A DNA stretch of 64,000 nt from positions 36,208,001-36,272,000 of the forward strand of contig OX597814.1 in assembly GCA_951406725.2 (NCBI GenBank), read 5' to 3'. The notes beneath the pieces were generated by a model that saw only the letters and a list, made by a program, of their open reading frames with translations, was not told the origin of the DNA and did not search any database. Shown piece after piece: positions 38,393 to 53,221 of the stretch. This DNA comes from Octopus vulgaris (taxonomy: Eukaryota). The position numbers were made by a program, and so were the translations under genes. Positions within the stretch are counted from its first letter, which is position 1; every line of letters begins with the position of its first letter.

Positions 38393-40112
38393 ATTGAACA
38401 TATATATATATATATTGTGAAAGCACGTGGCTTAGTGGATGTTAAAATGATGATGATCCTTGTGTCTGAATTGAAACAAGGAACCTTATGAACCAAGATT
38501 ATCTTGGAAAAGAGAAATGGGAATTATTTACTTGTTTCAGTCATTGGACTGTGGTCATGCTGGGGAAGCACCTTGAAGTGTTTAGTCAAGCGAATCGACC
38601 CCTGTACTTATATTTTTAAGCCTGTTACTTATTCTGTTGCTATCTTTTTTCCAAACTGCCGAAAGAGGACATACAAAAAGCGGTAGAGTGAAGTGGTAGA
38701 GTGAAACAAACAAAACCACACACATGAATATATGCATTTCAGTTTCTGTCTATCAAACACTCACAACGTTTTGGTCAGCTCCAAGCTATAGTAAAAGACC
38801 ATTGTACCCGGTGCCATGAAGTGGGACTGATCCTGAAATCAGGTGGGTGGGAAGTAAACCTCTTACCACACAACCGCTAAAATTTGGGTGGAGTTAATAA
38901 ACAGTTAATGTTAAGATTGAGATTATGGTGGATCAGCAGTTACTGGTAAAAATATAGAAGAATAATCTAGAAGTGTAACTTACAGGAAGTTAAGAGTCAT
39001 ACAGAATAAAGATAACTGGAGGAGTTAAAATTAATGAGGAAGATAAAATGAGAAAAAGGTAATATTTTTAGATTTCCAGTTTAATAATACTAGGTTGGTC
39101 TCAACCAACTAACTTAGAATCAGTAAAAAATGCAATCACAATTGTTTCCTTTGTTTAGTACTTCAGTCGTCATGTGTACATGTGGCTTTAATTTTCATCC
39201 TCAGAATGCTTTACTTCCCTCATACATTACCATTTTCTCACCAATGACAGCTTGTATTTCTTCATAATAATTATATGAAGTTATCTATGTGTCTTCTTCC
39301 TTAAACATCTTTGGAAATAGAGCAATGGTGGATAATACTGTGCTACTACAGTACTAACCGATACATTGAAGAACAAGAAATATGAAGACAGAAAAGTAAA
39401 TCTACAAGGAAAAGCCAATACATTAACTTGATACAGTCTATGCATCTGCAAGCAACTACTTTGTCAAATTATTCAAAACGACTTCAGGGTGGTTAGTTTA
39501 GAAAATGATAAACCATTCCAGAGTTTTATTTGCAGCTTTTACTGCTGAATTTAAGACAATGGAACGGATCTCTTTTGAAAACTCATTTTGTGTAATTTAC
39601 TTCAGCAATTTGCCATAAAATATATACGGTCCGTAGCATAAGTTATCATTAAATTACAACAGCTACTGGTAAATAACAATATCAATTGCTGCTCTTTGAC
39701 TATTTAGATTATATATTATTATAGGTAAATAAAGCCCTTTTAGAATGTATCTCATACGAATAATCTTGCTTATTGTCTCTTTTGTTTCAAGAGATGGTTA
39801 GTGTCGCTTTGATGCAAATTTTTATCAATGACTTAAAACCACAACCTCTCACAGTTAGGTGGCCATTGGCTTGATCGCAGCAATGAATCACTTTCTATAA
39901 AATATATAAATTGCATTGGGCTATAATATCTAACTTAGAACAAAATTGATGAGATATCATAGTTGAAATAAATGGGTGTATAACAATTCAGAAATGATAT
40001 TATCTACACGCACACGCATGCGCACATGCACACACATGAATATATATGTATATAATAAATGTATGTGTATACATACATGCATAACCACATTTTCTAATTA
40101 CATAATATATGA

Positions 40113-40181
<69 letters not shown>

Positions 40182-40190
40182 CATATATAT

Positions 40191-40240
<50 letters not shown>

Positions 40241-40285
40241 TCACACACATAGATACACACAAACACAGTCATAAATATTTGTGTG

Positions 40286-40331
<46 letters not shown>

Positions 40332-41147
40332 TTTGTATGTATGTATGTATGTATGTATGTATGTATGTATGTGTGTCTGGAAATAAATGTGTGTTTGTAA
40401 GCTTACATAATGTAGAAGAAAAAAAATGACTGAAATATTATCTGAAAAGTATTTAATATCCTTTTAAACTTTTACAAAAGGTAATACTATTAACTCTGTA
40501 AAACTATACATTTTCATTATTTAAATGATGTATATATTCTCAATATATTCACATAAGTAAAAATGCAAATGATACGTTATAGTGGTCTTGTTTCTGGTAC
40601 ATTTAGTCAAAAAAATTGAAATAACCACAAAACTGAAGTTGTTAAAGGTGCCATTATTGATGGTTTACATAAGAGATAGGTGCATGAATTAGATATTCCA
40701 GGATTCATATTTATAACTACGTATGCGCTATAATGTATATATCTGCATAATTGTTTATATCTCTCTCTCTCTCTCTATCTATTTATCTATCTTTCAGTCT
40801 GTTTATCTGTTTGTCTGTCTCTCTCACTCTCTGTCTTTTCATATATGTCTGTGTTTGAGAGTGTGAGTATATAAATACACACACACACACACACATATAT
40901 ATATGTGTGTGTGTGTATATATGTATGTGTGTGTGTATGTGTAGTTAGACTTCTTTTGGTATTTTGTCTTGTTCTTATCTCTGTGAGTTTATGTATTTTT
41001 CACTCATGGGCAATATTCTGTACTTAATGTGCATTTTTTTTGTACTTAATTGTACTTATCTGTTGTGCGTTTATATATTTTTCACTTGCTGGTGATGTCC
41101 TTTCTTAATGTATATTTTTAATTATATGTGCGTGTGTGTAAGTATAT

Positions 41148-41660
41148 ATCATCATCATCATCATTGTTTAACGTCCGTTTTCCATGCTAGCATGGGTTGG
41201 ACGGTTCGACTGGGGTCTGGGAAGCCAGGTAGCTGCACCAGGCTTCAGTCTGATCTGGCAGTGTTTCTACAGCTGGATGCCCTTCCTAACACCAACCACT
41301 CCATGAGTGTAGTGGGTACTTTTCACGTGTCACCAACACAGGTGCCAGGAGAGGCTGGCAGCGGCCATGATCAGTTGGTGCACAGAAGCCAGTCAAGGCA
41401 GCGCTGGCATCGGCCACGTTCGGATGGTGCTTTTTACATGTCACCAGCACAGGTGCCAGGGGAGGCTGGCAGTGGCCACAATCAGTTGGTACTTTTTACG
41501 TGCTACCAGCACAGAAGCCAGTCAAGGCAGCGCTGGCATCGGCCATGTTCGGATGGTGCTTTTTATGTGCCTCCGGCACAGGTATCACAACTACAATTTT
41601 CATTTGATATTTATTTTGATGTTGATGTACTTGACTCAATAGGTCTCAAGCACAGCAGGT
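41148..41660 (-). mobile_element. SINE family C with tandem units
   Basis: (cat)n, the family body, then about 4 units. It explains ORF 41108-41791. Confidence 0.8.
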
Positions 41661-41666
41661 CACCCT

Positions 41667-41716
<50 letters not shown>

Positions 41717-41730
41717 GACACATTTACATA

Positions 41731-41947
41731 TGAGGGGTTGCTGAAAAGTTCTTGGCTTTGTGGTAAAAGAAAATACAGGAAGGTCAGTTAATTATGATTT
41801 TATTCAACATATTCCCCTCTTTGATTCACACACCTATTGCAACAGTCCTTCAGTTTGTCTATGCCCTGTAAAAGAACTTGTAAGTTTAGACCTCAGCCAG
41901 GCCTTTCGAGATACCCTTAAAGCCAAGAAGTTTTCAGCACCCCTTTG
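41731..41947. mobile_element. Mariner-type MITE
   Basis: Termini read TA|tgaggggttgctgaaaagttcttggcttt ... aaagccaagaagttttcagcacccctttg|TA. Confidence 0.75.
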
Positions 41948-43699
41948 TATACATACAAACACACACACACACGTAGAGGGAGAAATGGATTGATAGATTG
42001 ACAGACAAACAGACAAATAGATAGACAGAATGATAATTATCTGTATGTTTGTATGTGTGTGTATTTAGTACATTCCTATCATATTTCCCCACTTACACAT
42101 CTCTAAAAGAATATGTCCTTTCTCTAATTTCTGAAATTATTGAAGAGATTTCTTCATTGTTTTATTTCTTTTATTTGAGCTTGTTCCTTTTCCTCTATCT
42201 ATTGTCTCCCTCCTTGCATGTCCATCTATCTGCTCCCAACCAACCAACCAACCAACCAACCACTCAACCAACCAACCAACCAACCAACACATGCACCCAG
42301 ACAAACACCCACCAGTGCTGCAATCTATCTAGACAAACACTTTCCTCTTGGGTCAATCTCTCATTAACTACCTCAAGTATCACTTGAAAAGGAAAGTGAG
42401 AGTAGAGAGGCAAGTTTTTTCTAGCGAATGTTTCAAAAAAGAGATGGGTGTATGTAGCACGGATGGCACATATAAATGACAAAGCCACCTTGAGCATAAT
42501 CCTATGAACCCAGAAAAATCTAAAACAGAGAGTTACTTACTTGCAAATAAATGTGTTAACATGTGACATTATTGACCGAGGTTACTGTGGTCTTTTCCGT
42601 AGGTTTTTCTTTCCATGGATAAACCTTATCTGTTTTCCCCTTTACACTTTACATCATGACATTTCTGTGATACCTGATCCCTATTGATGTTTTTTTTTAT
42701 GATCCCTTTTGATCGAAAACCTACCCCACTTTTTTCTTTTTTTTTGTCTCCCCAAAAAGAAAAGCTCTACTTTATAATTTGTCCCCTCTGTGTTCAGCCC
42801 TGTGTGGCTAATAAAGAAACATATCTAGCTACTTAGCTAGCTATCTACAGTGTACACAATAATTTCTGGTGCATGTAAACCTGTATTGAAAAAAGAAGAA
42901 ACAATTGAAGAAATAAAATGATTTGCACACTTCATTCTTCTTATTTGTTATTACAATACATCATAATATGGTGAACCAGCAGAATCATTAGCCAGTTGGA
43001 CAAAATGTTTAGCAGCATTTTGTCTGTCTTTATGTTCTGTAGTAAAGCACTTGACACGTAATCACAGGGATGTGAGTTTGAGTCTCATGGCTGGCCAGTA
43101 ACAATTTTTACTGTAATATATGGATAGTTTATCCTGTTCATGCTATTATCATCATTTTCTATACTGGCATGGGTTTGCTGGTTTGACAGGAACTGACAAG
43201 TTAGAAGTCTGCATCTAGCTCTGTTGTCTGCTTTGGGATGATTCCTACTGCTAAATGCTCTTTCTACTGCTAACCATTTTACAGATGGTACATGGGCATT
43301 TTACATGGCACCAGCAGCAGTGAAATCACTAGGTAACTTGCAAGACAAGCTCTGTCAACTAACTGAGGGGAGAAGCATTGACGGACAGAAAAAGGTGTCT
43401 AGCATTAGAGGAGAAACATAGCTACTTCTGGTGAGCAGAGAATGGTGAGTGAGGAAAGTGAGGAGGGAGAGAGAGGAGAGAGAGAGAGGAAAGATGGTAA
43501 AGATGTGAGTGGGGTAGGAGGTGGCATACATCAAGGTACAGGAGAATGTATATAGAGAAATGGACTGTGATTGGATGGGGTGAGATGGATATTTGAGCTC
43601 ATGAGTTTGCAAAAGGAGAATGTTAGAGGGAGAAGGAAATGTAATGAGTGGGCACAGGTACAAGGAGGGAGATAATTAAGAGACAATGTTGTGGGGAAG

Positions 43700-44760
43700 A
43701 GATCCTTTGTAATCTCAGTCGTTTGTAATCTTCCTTGTGAAGCTTAGCATCTGAAGGTCATTTATCACCACTTCATCACATGTCTTCCTGGGTGGTTCTC
43801 TTCTACAGGTTCTCTCCACATTTAAGAATCAGCATTTCTTTATGCAGCTGTCCCCATTCATGTGCATCACATGTCTACGCCAGTGCAATCTTCCCTTTGC
43901 ATACTACATCTGATGCCCCTTATATCTAATTTTTCTCTCAAAATATTAACAATTTGTCGTCTGTGTCCACTGACATTGCACATCCAGTGGAGCATGCTGG
44001 TTCATTTCTTTCAAGTCTTCACATATAGTCTATAGTCACAGCCCATGTTTCAGTACTATGTAGTATAACTTTCCATACATGTATCATAAAAACTGCCTTT
44101 CACTCTAAGGGAGCAGCCCACTGTTACCAACAAAGGCAATAGCTCTCTGAGCTAGTTATAATTCTCTTTTTACTCTTTTACTCTTTTACTTGTTTCAGTC
44201 ATTTGATTGTGGCCAGACTGGAGAACTGCCTATAGTCAAGCAAATCGACCCCAGGACTTATTCTTTGTAAGCCTAGTACTTATTCTATCAGTCTGTTTTG
44301 CCATTAAGTTACGGGACCTAAACACACCAGCATCGGTTCTCAAGCAATGTTGGGGAGACAAACATAGACACACAAACATATACACACATATACATATATA
44401 TACATATATATGACGGGCTTCTTTCAGTTTCTGTCTACCAAATCCACTCACAAGGCTTTGGTAAACCCGAGGCTATAGTAGAAGACACTTGCCCAAGGTG
44501 CCACGCAGTGGGACTGAACCCGGAACCATGTGGTTAGTAAGCAAGCTACTTACCACACAGCCATTCCTATACCTAACAGCTATGCATTCAGAACAACCTC
44601 CCCCATTGCTAATTTGATCACTTAGGTAACAAAAATTCTTTGTTTCTTCTAAGGATCTCCTGGGGCATTTGAAGAAATCTTTTTTCTGTGCATTCTTAGT
44701 GTTTATTGTTCTGACACAACAGATACACACAAAGGCTACTTTCTCTCTTAACCTTCCTGT
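43700..44760 (-). mobile_element. RTE LINE fragment interrupted by a family B SINE (44165-44570)
   Basis: Reads KCPRRSLEETKNFCYLSDQISNGGGCSE on one side and RELLPLLVT..SLRVKG..STETWAVT on the other. Confidence 0.75.
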
Positions 44761-44916
44761 AATTATATATATATATATATATACACACACATACACACAC
44801 ACACACATGCACATATACACATACGACTTCAAATACACATCCATTTACACACTTGAAAATATACAATGTAGTAACTCTTCTGCTGTATGACATTAGTTCT
44901 TAAATATATATACATA

Positions 44917-44981
<65 letters not shown>

Positions 44982-45017
44982 GTGTATGTGTGTGTGTGTG
45001 TATATATATATATATAC

Positions 45018-45884
45018 ATCATCATCATCATCATCATCATTTAGCGTCCGTTCTCCATGCTAGCATGGGTTGGACGGTTCAAATGGGGTCTGTGAAGCTG
45101 GAAGGCTTCATCAGGCCCAGTCAGATCTGGCAGTGTTTCTACGGCTGGATGCCCTTCCTAACACCAACCACTCCGTGAGTGTAGTGGGTGCTTTTTACGT
45201 GCCACACGCACAGGTGCCAGACAGAGCTGGCAAACGGCCACGAACGGATGGTGCTTTTACGTGTCACCGGCACGGGGCCAGGCGAGGCTGGCAACGGACA
45301 CGAACGGATGGTGCTTTTACGTGCCACCAACACGGGGGCCAGACAGAGCTGGCAAACGGCCACGAAACGGATGGTGCTTTTATGTGTCACCGGCACGGGG
45401 TCCAGACGAGGCTGGCAACGGACACAAACGGATGGTGCTTTTACATGCCACCGACACGGGGGCCAGACAGGGCTGGCAAATGGCCACGAACGGATGGTGC
45501 TTTTACGTGTCACCAGCACGGGGCCCAGGCGAGGCTGGCAACGGACACGAACGGATGGTGCTTTTACATGTCACTGACATGGGGGCCAGACAGGGCTGGC
45601 AAACGGCCACGAACGGATGGTGCTTTTACGTGTCACCGGCACGGGGGCCAGACAGAGCTGGCAAACGGCCATGAACGGATGGTGCTTTTACATGTTACCG
45701 GCACGGGGGCCAGACCGAGCTGGCAAACGGCCACAAACGGATGGTGCTTTTACGTGTCACCGGCACGGGGGCCAGGCCAGGCTGGCAACGAACACGAATG
45801 GATGGTGCTTTTACGTTCCACCGACACGGGGGCCAGACAGGGCTGGCAAACGGCTATGAATGGATGGTGCTTTTACGTGTCACC
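45018..45884 (-). mobile_element. SINE family C with an 11-unit ~61-bp minisatellite
   Basis: Each unit ends acggatggtgcttttac. Two subtypes occur in the order BABABABBBAB. Confidence 0.85.
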
Positions 45885-45904
45885 TATATATATATATATA
45901 TATA

Positions 45905-45945
<41 letters not shown>

Positions 45946-45968
45946 ATTAGAGATAAAACCATATTAGG

Positions 45969-46003
<35 letters not shown>

Positions 46004-47072
46004 GATTTTTTCCGATGGCCAGATAACTGAAGAGGTGGTAGCGTGGATTTCCACCTCAGCATCCGACACTTGGAGTTTTATCATGGTTACCGAATAATTG
46101 TCACATATTACATTTACAGATGAATTCCTGTATTTACATAATAGCGAGGTCTCTTTCTTTCTTTTGTTGTCTTACCATTTTTATCAATATTTATATGTAT
46201 ATATATATAAGAACTAATGTCTTATAGTAGAAGAGTTACTACTTTGTATATTTTCAAATGTATGAATGGATATGTATTTGAAGTCAACATCTTTTTATAC
46301 ATAGTTCAAATGAGAAATATAATACTTTCAAGATAAAAAAAATCAAGATGTTAGCAAAGAAAAAGTTGCTCAAAGAGAAGCAGCTAAAAGTCAAGATAAG
46401 CCTGAATCTAGCCTTTTATAAAGCATACAGAGGAGAGATATAAAATTTAATGGTGAAAAGAAAGTTTGATTAACAGACAGCTAGGAAATTAGAGTCAAAC
46501 AGAGAATCTTAAAAGTATCAGGAAATATTGAACACAGGGGAAATTCAACTACCATCTTTTTAAAGAGCAACCACAAAAACTATAAGAGATATGAAAAAAC
46601 AATTTCTGAGTTTTCAGAAGATAGAAAGAAGCTAACAAAATATAATGATAATTATGCAAGGAGTGCAATAGGATAATATAAACTATAATTTAACAGGTAT
46701 AAGAGTTAAAAGATAATTAACTCAAGAGAAAAAATATTTAAAGTTCAAATTGAACAGAATTTAAAATTCTAAATCAGCATAAGACAGAACAAAAAATCAC
46801 TTGTTATATATTCATAATACATATGGAAAACTGCAATAGTAATGAGCTAGTGCCTAAGTAAAAAGAAATTAAAAATAGGTACATTTTAGAATAGAATAAA
46901 CTTAATGGCAAGCTATATTAATATCTCAGTTGAAAACTAGTAATAACTAAGAGATAATGAAGATAAGTATAAATGTAAATGCAAAGATCACATACACAAG
47001 GAAACGTAAATATATATATATACATATATATACATATATATATAAATATATATATATATGTATATACATATG

Positions 47073-47149
<77 letters not shown>

Positions 47150-47442
47150 TTGCACTCAGTCAGTTATGATGACGAGGGTTCCAGTTGATCCGATGAATGG
47201 AACAGTCTGCTCATGAAATCAAAGTGCAAGTATCTGAGCACTCCACAGACATGTGTACCCTTAACATAGTTCTCAGGGAGATTCAGCATGACACAGAGTG
47301 TGACAAAGCTGGCCCTTTGAAATACAGGTACAACAGAAACCAGAAGAAAGAATGAGAGAAAGTTGTGGTGAAAGATTACAGCAGGGTTCGCCCCCCCCCA
47401 TGCTAGGGGAGCCTTGTTGAGCTTTAGGTTTTATCACTCAAT

Positions 47443-47483
<41 letters not shown>

Positions 47484-47484
<1 letters not shown>

Positions 47485-47650
47485 TAATAATTCCTTAAGG
47501 AACAAGACGATGGATTTGGTATTAATCTTTATTTTGTACAACAGTCGTTTTGCACCCATAAGGGACAGTAGCAGGACTGGTCAAAACAGCCATTGTATAA
47601 AATAAAGATTAATACTAAATCCCTCTTCTGGTTACTTTAGAAATTATTAT
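47484..47650. repeat. Imperfect foldback next to (TA)n
   Basis: ggatttggtattaatctttattttgtacaa..ttttgcacc / ggtcaaaa..ttgtataaaataaagattaatactaaatcc. Confidence 0.75.
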
Positions 47651-47820
47651 AAGTATCTCAACTAACACTGTGGTGTTCCTGAAATAGATTCAAATGTAAT
47701 ATACCCGAACTGTGGATGACACCAGGTAACCCAAACTGTGCCAGTGCTTTACTCAGTACACTTCAACACACTAATAAACATGTACCCATTAGTCCAAAAT
47801 TTTAAATACACACACACATA

Positions 47821-48510
47821 TCTATATATATAAAACTCAACTTGTGTGTCTGTGTGTGTGTCTGTGTGTGTATCTGTGTGTGTGTCTGTGTGTGTATCTG
47901 TGTGTGTGTCTGTGTGTTTAACTTCCCGGCACATCTCCTCCTAGCCAACAAATCGTAGAACCACCAAAAATGGGTCACTTAAAGTTTAGGCAGATGAAAA
48001 TTGAACTGCGCTATTTCTGTTTGGAAATTCATCTCGCAAGTGCAAAAATCGATAATGTGTTTGTTTAGGCCTTATCCCATGCATTGAATAGTGAACTTTA
48101 CTCAGTCAGCTGTTTGACATGAACTGTGTTCACCACAGCTGTTTGACATGAACTGTGTTCAAGATATAAAAACGAATTGTCGTAAACATAGTAGAAATTC
48201 AGCAAAGAAATGAATTTTCGGGATGTAGCCTGGAGGGTTTTTCGTATTAATCGTTTGGACTTTGTGAACACATACCAATTGTTTTCATAACATTTTTAAC
48301 GCTTTGAATTAAATGTGACCATTTTGCATTGAGTCTGCAGTTTGAATCACTTTAACCAAATTTTAGCAGGCCGGATTTTTGATCATCACGATACATTGCC
48401 AGCGACTCCCTGAAACTCTCCCCTGAAATCCCCGTTGAGAAATCTACTTATATAAAACTCAACTTGTGTATCTGTGTGTGTATCTGCATGTGTGTCTGTG
48501 TGTTTAACTT
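47821..48510 (+). mobile_element. Helitron-like element(s) with a duplicated 5' end
   Basis: a|TCTATATATATAAAACTCAACTTGTGT plus (tctgtgtgtgtg)n at 47821, and again at ~48443. Confidence 0.55.
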
Positions 48511-48560
48511 TTGGATCTACCAAGTTTCATTATTAAGGATGGAAAGTAGTTAGTAGCAAA

Positions 48561-48949
48561 TCTATATATATAAAGCTGAAGTCGTCTGTGTGTGGCAGGT
48601 TTGGTAGCCTTCAACTAACACTATCTCCTTCGAGACCCTGCAGTGCAAGTTGACCAAAATTGAGAGTATGATAGAAGAAAGCTTGCTCTTCATTCTGAAG
48701 GAGATAAAATTCAAATCGGACCATGTTAACACCAAAAATTATTTACATCAAAAAGGTACTTTTTGTCTATGAAAATCCCTGTTTTTTGCGATTTTTGACT
48801 GCTGTGTCACCATCTTTCAGTGTATTTCAACCAGAAAAATGTTCACTTGAAGAGAATAACAAGTTGTATAATGCAAAATATTTACTTTTCAAAAATTCCA
48901 ATTCTAAAGGGTGGAAACAAACCCAAGCAACACCGGGTAATACTGCTAG
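48561..48949 (+). mobile_element. Complete non-autonomous Helitron
   Basis: 5' A|TC, 3' CTAG|T, subterminal hairpin accc..gggt, no TSD. A second copy is at 35074. Confidence 0.85.
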
Positions 48950-49491
48950 TATATATATAAAACTAGAGGGGTTTTTTTTTACATAGAAGGTTGACTTTCT
49001 TATTGGCCAATTTTTACCCTACTTTCAAGGTCCTTCATATGGAGCTGCTATTTTCAGCTGGTTGTCAGTCAAACAAACTTGAACCATAAGATTTTAAATC
49101 TACCAAGTGAATTTATTTCAGAATGCTATATCGTGGCTCATCCCCCAATCCCAGAATCATTGGATATTTCTTTTTCGTTGAATGAATTCCTGTGATCTCC
49201 TAATATTGCAAAATTAAGCTACCTAAGGTGAGCCTGGTAACTGATAGTTTTGGAGTCTTGTTTGTAACATTTGGTGAGCCATGGTGCAATCAACAACATA
49301 GTAAAAATCCCTGACATTAATTTGGTGTGGATAGGCAAATATCAAATAATTCAATCACAGCATATATTTAAATTAAACAAGAAAAAATTGAAATATTACC
49401 TTTCAGTATTTTATAAGGTAAAATCTTAAATTATTAATTGACATATTATTAATTATCTTATAACAGCAATGCCTGGAAAAATCATGAATTA

Positions 49492-49990
49492 CATGGAAAA
49501 ATGCAAGCATGAAAGTAATATTCTTGAGATTATAAACCTGGAAAAGTACAGGACAAAATATTACACCTGTAAAGGTATAGGACAAGCTATTACTTCTAGT
49601 AAAGAATAAGAAACTTTTTACTTAAAATATTGCAGCTAAAATTAAAATTTGAATATTAAAACTTATTCTGTTATAGCTTACTAATAACACTATACTTATT
49701 TAAGTAGAATTTTGCTTAATTTACTACCTTAAGTACAGAAAAAAATTAGACAAATTTTCAAATTAGCTGAAGTTTTGTACAATAAATTTAAAAGATGAGA
49801 ACTGTAAAGAGTGATAAATTAGAAGAACTGGTATTCTTTGCTGCAATATTTTAAGTAAAAAGTTTTTTATTCATTACTTTACTAGAAGTAATAGCTTGTC
49901 CTATACTTTTACAGGTGTAATAACCTGTTCTGTACTTTTCTAGGTTTATAATCTCAAGAATATTACTTTTCATGCTCACATTTTTCCATG
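49492..49990. mobile_element. MITE with ~150-bp TIRs and TA TSD
   Basis: Termini read TA|CATGGAAAAATG..tattgcagc / gctgcaata..CATTTTTCCATG|TA. Confidence 0.8.
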
Positions 49991-51461
49991 TAATATGACA
50001 TATTCTCCCTTAAACCATCCTTTTTATTGCTATCATTTCTCACGTGGGTTCATAAATTTTGTTATCCATCTAACATTGCTTTGTCAATGAGATTTCCTTT
50101 CGACTCTTTGGTAATTAACAGAACTGTTTCTTTTGTCAATATTGACATTTCCATAAGACAGCGAGCTGACAGAATTGTTTGCATGCTAGACACAGTGCCT
50201 AGTGGCATTTCATCTGTCTTTATTTCCTGAGTTCAAATGCCGCTGGGGTCAACTTTGCTTTTCATCCTTTCAGGAGCAATAAAATAAGTACCAGTCAAGT
50301 AATCAACTTAACCCTCCCCTAAATTGCTTGCTGGCCTTGTGCCAAAATTTGAAACCATTATTGACATTAATGTAGAATTGTGGTGGTGATAGTAGTGGTA
50401 GGATCACTTCCATATCCAAGGCTAAAGAGAATATGTTGCAGAATTTTGATTAATTGCAGATAAATTATTTCTTCAACCTCCACAAAATCCTGAAGAATAT
50501 CAGCAAATTTAAAAGGAGTGAATAGCATAATTTGCAATCTACGTGTCATGAAATTGCTTTAGTATGCAACCTACCCTTTATATCATGATCTACAACTAGA
50601 AATGTTTTTAATAATAAATGTATTAAGCAATAAAATTTTAATAATAAATGTATTAACGATAAAATTAGTAAACTTGTTTCAAATTTGTTTCATTCTAATT
50701 GCTTTTTAATAATGAATGTATAAGATATATAAAAATTTTAATTATCTATTTTCCACTTTTCTAGCTGATGTTTGATTTGTCTGTTCATTTGATTCGCTTA
50801 TAAAATAAGTAAACTTGTTTCAAATTTGCTTCATTTTAACTTTTTTTAAATACGTGTATAAAAATGTGAGAATATTTTATTTTAGCCATAATAAATAAAT
50901 GAAACATGTAGATCACAAACTAAAGTAGAATTTGACTCATGTAGATCACTTTGGCTATGTTGATTGCATACTGGAGTAGCAGCGATCTTTGTTACTTAAG
51001 TGGAGTATTTTTTTACTATGTTGCTTGAGGAAAATTTATGCAGGTTTATAATTTCAGTGACTACATAATAATTTTCTCTTGTCTCATAATACTGGTTTAA
51101 TACTGCAAAAACTGTTACTCATGGTAACTATTGACATCAAGAAATTTTCTATTAGAAGTTCAAGAATCTCATCTGGGACATAATTAAAGAACAAGAAGCA
51201 ATATCGAAATTTCTTTTGTTTTCTTGTCTCCTTTTGTTTCAAATTGCTTGGTTGCATACTTTCAGTACAATTCTCAACATTCACACACACACACTCGCAC
51301 GCAATTATGTATGTATGCATGTATGTGTGTGTGTGTGTGTGTCTGTGTGTGTGAACATGCATATAAATAGATATAGAGATAGATAATAAAGATATATTAT
51401 ATATATAAAATATATATAGATATAGAGATAGATAATAAAGAAGCATATATATATATATATA

Positions 51462-52720
51462 CAGGAGTTGGGCAAAATAATGGAAACAGCTTAAAATTTC
51501 AAACAAATTTATCTTAACATGGGGTAGGACTGCCTTTGGCAGTAATTACAGCTAAAATTCTAAAAGTTGTGGACTCATACAAGGGGTGAATAGCTTCCAA
51601 AGGAATTTTTATCCATTCTTTAGCTAAAACATTCTCCACTTCTTGTAGTGATGATAGTGGGGGATATTGACCCTTTACTTGTTTTTTTTAAATGTACCAT
51701 GAATGTTCAATAATATTGAGATCTGGGTAGTGTGGTGGCAAAATAAGATGTTCAACTTCACTAGAATGTTCCTCGTGCCATTCAGTAACAAATTTAGTTG
51801 TGTGAATTAGTGCATTATCATTCTGAGAGATTGTGTTTCCCTCTGGAAACAGTTCTGCAAACATAGGATGAATTTGATCAGATAAAATGCTTAAATAGTC
51901 TTGACTATTAATTCTACCACGAAGGGAAATCATTGGGCTGGTGAATTTCCAAGATATAGCCCCCCAGATCAACACAGTTCCTCCACCATGTTTAGCAGTT
52001 GGAAGAAGGCAGTCTGGGTCAAATGCTTCTTTTGGTTGTCTCCACATGCATACTTGGCTGGTGGTCAGAAATAAGGTAAAGGATGACACGTCTGAGAAAA
52101 TAACATCCTTCCACTGATCTAGGGACCAATTCTGTAGGATTTTACTCCATTCTAAATGCTTGGCAACGTTTGTTTTTGAAAGTAGTGGTTTTCTGATTGC
52201 AGCCCTTCGATGAAATCTGGCTTTGTGCAGCTCCTGGAGAACAGTTTTTGTGGAAACTGGGCTCTTGAGGTGGTCATTAAGCTCTGCAATAATTTTGGGA
52301 GCTGTACTCTTGTGATCCTATCTAACAATTCATGTAAGAATCCGATAGTCCCCATCTGAAAGTTTTGGTTTTCTTCCAGAGTTTTGTTTCAATGAGGTTT
52401 TCCCCTCTTTCTTAAAGGCTGTCATTACTTTTGAGGCAGTACTTCTTGATACATCAAATATTTCGGCTGTTTTTGTTACGCTAGCACCTGCCATACAAGC
52501 ACCAACAATTTGACCTCTTTGAAAGTCTGATAAATCAGTCATTTTAATGAATTTTAATTACCTTTTTCTGATGATATCTGAAAAGAAACAGCAATTTCAG
52601 CAAAACATATTCAACAACTCTAATAAGAAATCATAGAACATAAAAATTAGCAAGCTTTTGATGGTTTTGTAGATATTTCAAAATTATGCTAGGTGTTTCC
52701 ATCATTTTGTCCAGCCCCTG
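51462..52720 (-). mobile_element. Tc1 (DD34E) DNA transposon, near full-length, frameshifted transposase
   Basis: TIRs cagg.g.tgg.caaaat.atggaaaca.ct, flanked by TA. Transposase pieces read MTDLSDFQRGQIVGA, KHGGGTVLIWGAIS, QNDNALIHT, PDLNIIEHSW. Confidence 0.92.
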
Positions 52721-53112
52721 TATATATATATATAAACATATATATATACAGCTACACACAAGACAGAAAAAAGCCAAAAAGACAGGCCGGTTCCTCTCCA
52801 ATTTTTTGTAAATTCTTAAATATATCTCCTTCTGTGTTTATATATTACCAAACAAACATGATTTTTATTGATCTCCTAATACTTTTTGTTGAATAGTTTC
52901 TTAAATACCTTCTTGTAAACTGTTTTTAACATTTTCTTATTATCATCAAAGAATGTATATATGTATTTTAATACTTTCGTGACAACCAGTACTTAACACA
53001 ACAAAGCTTATACAAAGCTTTACATTTTAATTTTGACAATCTTTTTCTAACAAAGTGAAACCGGTCAAGTGAATAAGAATCTTTAAAATTGCATTTTCAA
53101 ACCTTCCTTCAT

Positions 53113-53163
<51 letters not shown>

Positions 53164-53166
53164 TAT

Positions 53167-53221
<55 letters not shown>

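Noticed and set aside
45198-45884. CRISPR-like periodic array
   Set aside because: There are no unique spacers; whole units are homologous. It is part of a eukaryotic SINE, and no cas genes are present.
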